IMG/VR virus record: IMGVR_UViG_3300020463_001507
Origin: an uncultured virus (IMG/VR IMGVR_UViG_3300020463_001507)
Lineage: Duplodnaviria > Heunggongvirae > Uroviricota > Caudoviricetes
DNA: 20,000 nt
Reading direction: 5' to 3' (one strand)
In this document: piece by piece, positions 14,787 through 20,000 of the stretch
How the letters are laid out: every line of letters begins with the position of its first letter
How positions within the stretch are numbered: position 1 is the stretch's first letter
Notes under the pieces: model-generated
Told to the model about the DNA's origin: nothing
The model's input: the letters and a program-made list of their open reading frames with translations, nothing else
Databases searched by the model: none
Program-made: the position numbers and the translations under genes

Positions 14787-15563
14787 CTAGTCACTCATTA
14801 CATTTTTTATTTTTACAATATCTTTGATTACATTTTCAAAATCTTTTAAATGAAGTGCATTAGGACCATCGCTTGGAGCATTATCTGGATCGCTATGGAC
14901 TTCTAGAAAGAAGTTTCTAATACCCAAAGCAGTACCTGCACGACATAAGCCAGGCACGTAATCGCGGTTGCCGCCACTACTATTTCCAAGACCGCCTGGT
15001 TTCTGTACCGCGTGTGTGGCATCAAGAACAATAGGGGTATTATAATTATTAAGCATGTAATCCAAGCCAGTGAAATCAACAACAAGGGTATTATATCCAA
15101 AGCTAGTGCCTCTCTCAGTTATCCAAACTTCTTTGGCACCTTCTGTCTTTGACAGCATACTTTCAATGTCCCAGGGTGCAAGGAACTGACCTTTTTTAAT
15201 ATTAACTATCATTCCTGTTTTACAGGCTTCTTGTACAATATCTGTTTGTCTACATAAGAAAGCCGGAATTTGAATTACATCTACAATATTTTGTCTTTTT
15301 AGATGTTGCACTTCCATTACACTATGCACATCTGTTACAATTTGCAAACCGTGAATGCTATCTTTAAGTTTACGAAAAGCTGTCATAGTAACACCCATTC
15401 CTAAACCTCTAATGCCTTTTATGTTAGATCTATTTGCTTTATCGTAACTGGCTTTGAAATAATAATCTATACCGTATTCATCACAAACACGTTTGCATTC
15501 TTGTGCAATTTCAAAACTTTGTGGATAAGATTCGTGTTGACATGGTCCTGCAATAATTCTCAT
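14787..15563 (-). CDS. kdsA: 3-deoxy-D-manno-octulosonate 8-phosphate (KDO8P) synthase, metal-dependent class
   Basis: IAGPC, KASYDKANRS, QIPAFLCRQT, NIKKGQF, TERGTSFGY, DATHAVQKPG, EVH.DPDNAPSDGP. Confidence 0.95.
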   Translation of the reverse strand: MRIIAGPCQHESYPQSFEIAQECKRVCDEYGIDYYFKASYDKANRSNIKGIRGLGMGVTMTAFRKLKDSIHGLQIVTDVHSVMEVQHLKRQNIVDVIQIPAFLCRQTDIVQEACKTGMIVNIKKGQFLAPWDIESMLSKTEGAKEVWITERGTSFGYNTLVVDFTGLDYMLNNYNTPIVLDATHAVQKPGGLGNSSGGNRDYVPGLCRAGTALGIRNFFLEVHSDPDNAPSDGPNALHLKDFENVIKDIVKIKNVMSD

Positions 15564-15569
15564 TGATCA

Positions 15570-16019
15570 TTACTCTTTTCTAAATATTGCACTATTGGCT
15601 CCGTGCTCCATACATTCAACTTCTACAACAAAACATCTGTCGTTTGTCTTTTCTCTAATCAATTTGTCTGCAAAATTAAAAGCATGTTCTGCAAATTTTT
15701 CTGCACCGACTCCATCAAAGAAACGTATTTCACAAAGGCCTGCATCTTCTAAAACGTGGAAGTGATGAAGTTGAGGATCATTTTCATCTAAGCAAAGTTT
15801 ATGATCAAAATTATCTTCTAGCCAAGCCTTTAGAGGTTTCAATCCACCAAAGTCAACAGCCCAATTTTTATCATCTAGTTTATTGCATCCAAATGTGAAT
15901 TTAAATCCTAGTGAATAACCATGTAGCAAACTACAATGAGAGTGGTCTGCATTTGGTTGTCTAAACACCGCACTCAGTCCAATGTTATGTCCGTAAGTTT
16001 TTGTACTAAAATAACTCAT
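15570..16019 (-). CDS. QueD/PTPS-like T-fold protein (divergent motif CxxxHGY)
   Basis: HCSLLHGYS, VDFGGLK, FDHK, GAEKFA, VECME; GGAG SD. Confidence 0.85.
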   Translation of the reverse strand: MSYFSTKTYGHNIGLSAVFRQPNADHSHCSLLHGYSLGFKFTFGCNKLDDKNWAVDFGGLKPLKAWLEDNFDHKLCLDENDPQLHHFHVLEDAGLCEIRFFDGVGAEKFAEHAFNFADKLIREKTNDRCFVVEVECMEHGANSAIFRKE

Positions 16020-16044
16020 ATGTTCTCCATAGTATTATGATATA

Positions 16045-16626
16045 TTACTTATTATATAATATATTATCTAAGTTGTCAAGTGAAACATTATCTTTTTTCC
16101 AACTTTCTGGAATGATCCAGTCTTTATTTTGATATATTTTAAACTTGTTTTTAGGAAACCATTCAAATACTTTTGATATTTGATGTATCCAATATCTAGG
16201 ATCAACTGCATTCTTATCTATGCCATCATAGCTTTTGGTTCCTTTATAGATATTATTTACAGTCTTTGTTGAACTATACAAATCAAAACCTACTAAATTT
16301 ATTTTATTACTAGATTCCAAAGTAGCAGATAATAATACTGCATATGGACCGCTCCCCCAATGAAAAGGGTCGTCCCATCTTTCTGTCCCTTGGTGTATTA
16401 AATCTGGCACATGCAATACATTGAACGACTTATATGTAGGCAACCAATCTCTTCGTGTATAAATCTTTGTGTTGTAACCTATTGCTTCTTCAACCATTCG
16501 TCTGTCTACACAGATCAAGTGATCTACTTTGTAATCTCTAATAATAGCATTGCAACCTATTTTTATACCTTTAAGATTTTTTAGGTTTACTTGTTGACGA
16601 CTTTCTCCGTTGCCTATTACCCACAT
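16045..16626 (-). CDS. Maf/DUF115/CstII-like Rossmann-fold putative sugar transferase, about 193 aa
   Basis: VIGNGES, IGCNA, D.L..VD, GSG..A, INLVGFDL motifs; start is either ATG 16626 or GTG 16638. Confidence 0.6.
   Translation of the reverse strand: MWVIGNGESRQQVNLKNLKGIKIGCNAIIRDYKVDHLICVDRRMVEEAIGYNTKIYTRRDWLPTYKSFNVLHVPDLIHQGTERWDDPFHWGSGPYAVLLSATLESSNKINLVGFDLYSSTKTVNNIYKGTKSYDGIDKNAVDPRYWIHQISKVFEWFPKNKFKIYQNKDWIIPESWKKDNVSLDNLDNILYNK
16051..16079 (-). promoter_or_regulatory. Perfect sigma70 promoter TTGACA-N17-TATAAT upstream of the QueD-like/kdsA/GT operon
   Basis: -35 at 16079-16074, -10 at 16056-16051; embedded in the last codons of the upstream gene. Confidence 0.88.
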
Positions 16627-16918
16627 TTTCTCTTTCACCTCTAAGAAGCTCTTTTGTTTCTGCTATGTCTTTTGCTATCTTATCATAATTACTTTCTACA
16701 TTAGAAAGATAGTTTGATAAACTAATCATTTGCCAAACAGTCCAGGTCCAGAATATAACTGATATACATGCAAACGTAATTAACACACAATTTATCATAT
16801 GATCATATATGCCTCTGTCCAAGAGGTCAGCTATTACTAATGAAAATAATGCAATAATAGGTAACCCAAGTGATGCTGCTTTCCAGTATCTAATTTGTTT
16901 TTTGAAACTAGTAATCAA
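16571..16918 (-). CDS. Two-TM membrane protein with C-terminal coiled coil and basic tail, about 115 aa
   Basis: Hydrophobic LGLPIIALFSLVIA and CVLITFACISVIFWTWTVW; AAAGGA 6 nt before the in-frame TTG 16918. Confidence 0.7.
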   Translation of the reverse strand: MITSFKKQIRYWKAASLGLPIIALFSLVIADLLDRGIYDHMINCVLITFACISVIFWTWTVWQMISLSNYLSNVESNYDKIAKDIAETKELLRGERENVGNRQRRKSSTSKPKKS

Positions 16919-16956
16919 GACAATTCCTTTCTTTTGCAAAAATAATTTTTGCCAAG

Positions 16957-16969
16957 TATTTACTATTTA
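16957..16969 (-). promoter_or_regulatory. Tandem TAAATA boxes (TAAATAGTAAATA)
   Basis: tattta at 16957-16962 and 16964-16969 in the intergenic gap. Confidence 0.55.
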
Positions 16970-16996
16970 ACATGTATGGGGTAGGTAGGTTAAGGC

Positions 16997-18097
16997 CTAA
17001 CTAGAAATTTGTCCGAATGCCTTCCATTCACCCGGAGTTCCACCTCTAATACATATCCAACCCACGTAGCTTGATGCTGATGGATTGTCGTTCCAGATAA
17101 TGTCGCCTTTGGCATAATTGCCTTGTGTAGGTATTCCGTCGCTTACTTCAAACTTTTTATTTTGAATCCTAATCGGACCCGCAGTAGTTAAAGCAACATC
17201 TTCTTCGTAGTTTTTTACTCCTATACCTAAAGTTCCTATAATACTTACTTTGTCATTAAGTTGGATATTACCCTCAGCGGCAATTTGTATCCTTGTTGTA
17301 TCATCAGTAACTATTTTAAGATTAGAAGTACTCCATGTGCCTACTTTAAATTCGCGATCATCTGCCGCAATAATAAATTCATGATCCATTGACCCTATGC
17401 TTAAATCGCCATTAGGTTGATCTATACCTATACCTAAACGCATAGAATCATTATCCCAGAATAGATATTCACCTACTGTAAAATTACCAGCTACTTTTAA
17501 TGTTTGAAGTGTGCCTACTCTTCTAAGATTACTTTTTACAACGGCTGTGCCTAATTCTGTTTCTGATAGCACAGTTGTATTATTAATTTTGTAATCTTTG
17601 TCAGTTTGTAAATCTATTGATTCCGAGCTAAAAAATCTGTCTTCGCCTTCTCTAAACATTAGTTGGCGTGTTGGACCTGCACCAGACCATATTAGTCCTT
17701 TGTTATATGGCGGTTGGTTATTTTCGCCTTTGAATTCTAATGGAGCCGTTCTTTCAGTTCTTGTATCAGACGTAAGTTCGTCTACATGAAGTTTACGAGC
17801 AGTTACTTCGCCTTCTACTTTTAAATCACCTTCAATTTTTAAAGGATTTAAAACTGTGTTTACAGATATACTTTCAACTACAATCTTATCGTTCTCTACT
17901 GTTAAGATTGGTTCACCAGCATAAGTTGCATTATCTTTGATCCCTGTACTTGCAAAATTTGCAATCAAGCCACCATTAATCTTATTGCCGCTTATGGATC
18001 TATCTGTTATATCTAGTGCAGGTGCAGGAGCATTTAAAATCTCTTGATTTATGCTATCTCCCAAATCTGCTAATATTTTGTGTAACTTCTCGCTCAT
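16997..18097 (-). CDS. Probable virion fiber/spike-like protein, 366 aa
   Basis: Beta-rich (LKIEGDLKVEG, SNLRRVGTL, RLGIG, LGIGV); C-terminal PTQGNYAKGDIIWN..P....VGWIC..GTPGEWK.FG module typical of spike ends; late box upstream. Confidence 0.7.
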   Translation of the reverse strand: MSEKLHKILADLGDSINQEILNAPAPALDITDRSISGNKINGGLIANFASTGIKDNATYAGEPILTVENDKIVVESISVNTVLNPLKIEGDLKVEGEVTARKLHVDELTSDTRTERTAPLEFKGENNQPPYNKGLIWSGAGPTRQLMFREGEDRFFSSESIDLQTDKDYKINNTTVLSETELGTAVVKSNLRRVGTLQTLKVAGNFTVGEYLFWDNDSMRLGIGIDQPNGDLSIGSMDHEFIIAADDREFKVGTWSTSNLKIVTDDTTRIQIAAEGNIQLNDKVSIIGTLGIGVKNYEEDVALTTAGPIRIQNKKFEVSDGIPTQGNYAKGDIIWNDNPSASSYVGWICIRGGTPGEWKAFGQISS

Positions 18098-18102
18098 GTA
18101 AG

Positions 18103-18110
18103 TATTTATC
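18103..18110 (-). promoter_or_regulatory. Late-like box GATAAATA, 5 nt before ATG 18097
   Basis: TGATAAATACTTACATG; overlaps the upstream stop; no SD. Confidence 0.65.
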
Positions 18111-19404
18111 AGTTTACTTTGAGAAGCAATGTATCTGGATTACATCTACCATTTAGCTTTGTGTCTAAAGTTTTTACGTCTTCCATAAATGTACGTAGTT
18201 TAACTTTACCTGCTGCTTTAAATTCTTTTAACTGCTCATCGGGTTTTCGAAGTGTTTTTTGAATACTTTTCTCTTCATCAAACCCTATAATTGTTGTACC
18301 TTTTACACTTAATCCAGTACCTTCTCTTTGTTGTCCTTGAGGATCTATATTCTTAGCAATATATTTTCCTAGTTTACGTGTTTTTGTATTAAATACCCAC
18401 AATTCATTTGTCTTAATAATTTGGTCTGGCAAGATACTAGCTACTTTATACTTGTCGTATGATTTACAATATTTTAATTTTTCTACTAACTTAGTAGCAC
18501 TTTTTGGCTTAGCTTTACGAGGCTTTCTGTTAATCTTAGCACTATCTATAACAAAGTCTAATGCAATCATTAGATTTTCAATAGCAAGTGTATAATTTTT
18601 TACATCTGCTTTTTTAAAATGACCATATCCTTCTTTTAATTGAGCCCACATATCTTGGGTGTGTTCGTCCATCTTCTTTAACTGTCCAGCAGTTGGATAA
18701 CGATCTAGTTCTTTGAAGTCGTCTAAAGCATCTTCATAAAAACTTTTAAGTTTTCTTGCATGTGCTTGTGTAACATTCATACTTTGAAAATGCTTTTTAA
18801 AATCAAACCCTTTCGGGTCAAACGACTTTGGGTCAACTAACCAACCTTCTAGCCATTCTTCAAGTGCTTCACTTTGCTTATATGCTTGTTCACGAATACG
18901 TTCTTGTATACTAGGGACATATACATTAGATTTAGCTTTTTCTTCTACTTTCTTTACTTTAACAACATTAGAACCTTCTTCTATAAGTTGTTTAATTTGT
19001 TTAGTCATCCATACAGTTGTAGGAGCACAAGTACCCATAGTACCTGCAAGAGATTGCCAGTATTCATCCTCTTTCTTATTATAGTCAGGCATTCCGTCTA
19101 ATAGTAATTTAGCACTAATAGATACTGTAGAACTTACACGATGATTTGGTAATGCCTTAATGGCTTGAATATCTTTCTTTGTGTATTCTTTTTGTTCTAA
19201 CATCCAACGATAAAGATGTGCAGATAATTCTACTGCTTTAAAATTAGAGTAGTACCAATCTCTAGCATGAGTTTTATGACGATGAAATTGTTCACCGGTC
19301 CATTCCTCCCAGCCTTCCCATTTAGGATTTTGTGACTTATTCACTTTAATCCGAGGAGCTCTAGTTTTCCTTTTTCTTGTAGTCTTGATAGATTTTAAGC
19401 TCAT
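18109..19404 (-). CDS. Lys-rich hypothetical phage protein, 431 aa
   Basis: Long ORF; C-terminal LWVFNTKTRKLGKY..GLSVKGTTI.GFD..S.QKTLRKP region, which I recall from T4-like phage hypotheticals; function unknown. Confidence 0.8.
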   Translation of the reverse strand: MSLKSIKTTRKRKTRAPRIKVNKSQNPKWEGWEEWTGEQFHRHKTHARDWYYSNFKAVELSAHLYRWMLEQKEYTKKDIQAIKALPNHRVSSTVSISAKLLLDGMPDYNKKEDEYWQSLAGTMGTCAPTTVWMTKQIKQLIEEGSNVVKVKKVEEKAKSNVYVPSIQERIREQAYKQSEALEEWLEGWLVDPKSFDPKGFDFKKHFQSMNVTQAHARKLKSFYEDALDDFKELDRYPTAGQLKKMDEHTQDMWAQLKEGYGHFKKADVKNYTLAIENLMIALDFVIDSAKINRKPRKAKPKSATKLVEKLKYCKSYDKYKVASILPDQIIKTNELWVFNTKTRKLGKYIAKNIDPQGQQREGTGLSVKGTTIIGFDEEKSIQKTLRKPDEQLKEFKAAGKVKLRTFMEDVKTLDTKLNGRCNPDTLLLKVN

Positions 19405-19431
19405 GATACTCTTCCGTGTTTAGATGTTATA

Positions 19432-19465
19432 TATTTACTATATAGCCGTAAAAATAAAAAGTCAA
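19432..19465 (-). promoter_or_regulatory. Sigma70 promoter TTGACT-N17-TATAGT overlapping a TAAATA box
   Basis: -35 at 19465-19460, -10 at 19442-19437, TAAATA at 19437-19432. Confidence 0.7.
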
Positions 19466-19477
19466 GTGTTTTCGACT

Positions 19478-19858
19478 TTATTCGTGTTCGCCGCCTGGAT
19501 CACCGGGAGGTAATGGAACTTTATGAGCATTACCGTTTTTGTCTCGATAGATAGTATACATCCTACCTCGACCATGTGAATGATAACCTTTTCTAAATTC
19601 GAACATACTAGGTTTATGTTCTGCAACTTTAAATGTTCCTACAGTAATTACTATTGCGGCAACAAGTGCTATGTGGGCTATTGCACTAATACCAAATGCG
19701 CCAATATTATCTGTAATTAATAATGCAAAAACTGCCGACCACATAAATGCAAGAATTTGCATTATCATATGCCGTACCTGTAAATCTGGGATATTCCTTA
19801 AAGGATTAACCTCAGCATCCATAACATGATTCCAACAATCATAAACCCATTTTCGCAT
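19478..19858 (-). CDS. Membrane protein, 126 aa, resembling hypotheticals of marine alphaproteobacteria and their phages
   Basis: W..VMD...NPL.NIPD..VRH..MQ.LA.MW plus two hydrophobic segments; AGGAG SD. Confidence 0.8.
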   Translation of the reverse strand: MRKWVYDCWNHVMDAEVNPLRNIPDLQVRHMIMQILAFMWSAVFALLITDNIGAFGISAIAHIALVAAIVITVGTFKVAEHKPSMFEFRKGYHSHGRGRMYTIYRDKNGNAHKVPLPPGDPGGEHE

Positions 19859-19867
19859 AGTACTCTC

Positions 19868-19987
19868 CTAAGATACCTGAATAGCAATGTAAACACATAA
19901 AGCTATGATAGTTAATTTACCATAGTCTAAGTCTGCGGCTGTACCTTCGCCGTATTTATTTTTAAAAGCTTCGAATGTTTTTTTCAT
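19868..19987 (-). CDS. Small single-TM protein, 39 aa (MKKTFEAFKNKYGEGTAADLDYGKLTIIALCVYIAIQVS)
   Basis: Manual translation; AGGAG 6 nt before ATG 19987; its TAG overlaps the next gene's SD. Confidence 0.8.
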   Translation of the reverse strand: MKKTFEAFKNKYGEGTAADLDYGKLTIIALCVYIAIQVS

Positions 19988-20000
19988 TTGTTTCTCCTAT

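Noticed and set aside
15570..16019. 7-deazaguanine DNA-modification cluster
   Set aside because: Only a divergent QueD-like gene is present; no folE, queE, queC or dpdA in the window.
1..20000. Stop-codon reassignment, tRNAs, introns/inteins, intrinsic terminators
   Set aside because: TAA, TAG and TGA all end genes at sensible junctions and known enzymes are full length. Intergenic gaps are too short for tRNAs, and no convincing hairpin plus U-tract was seen.

Overview
This is a gene-dense, AT-rich segment of a large tailed phage genome. It is T4-like/myovirus-like and probably marine; an alphaproteobacterial host is inferred. All genes but one are on the minus strand. The left 11 kb encodes virion proteins: a 2909-aa modular protein and a 689-aa repeat-rich fiber, both with a gp9/gp10-type N-terminus, directly downstream of an IscA/HesB Fe-S carrier gene. 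The right 9 kb is an accessory block: UvsE UV endonuclease, a GT8-like glycosyltransferase, KdsA, a divergent QueD-like protein, a Maf/CstII-like putative transferase and several small membrane or hypothetical proteins. Five short ORFs absent from the supplied track were read by hand. Two promoter classes are visible: near-consensus sigma70 promoters and T4-late-like TAAATA boxes, two of which sit 5 nt before an ATG with no Shine-Dalgarno. The best candidate for an undescribed system is a phage Kdo/ulosonate glycosylation module linked to a QueD paralogue lacking canonical Zn ligands. All family calls come from motif recognition, not database searches.
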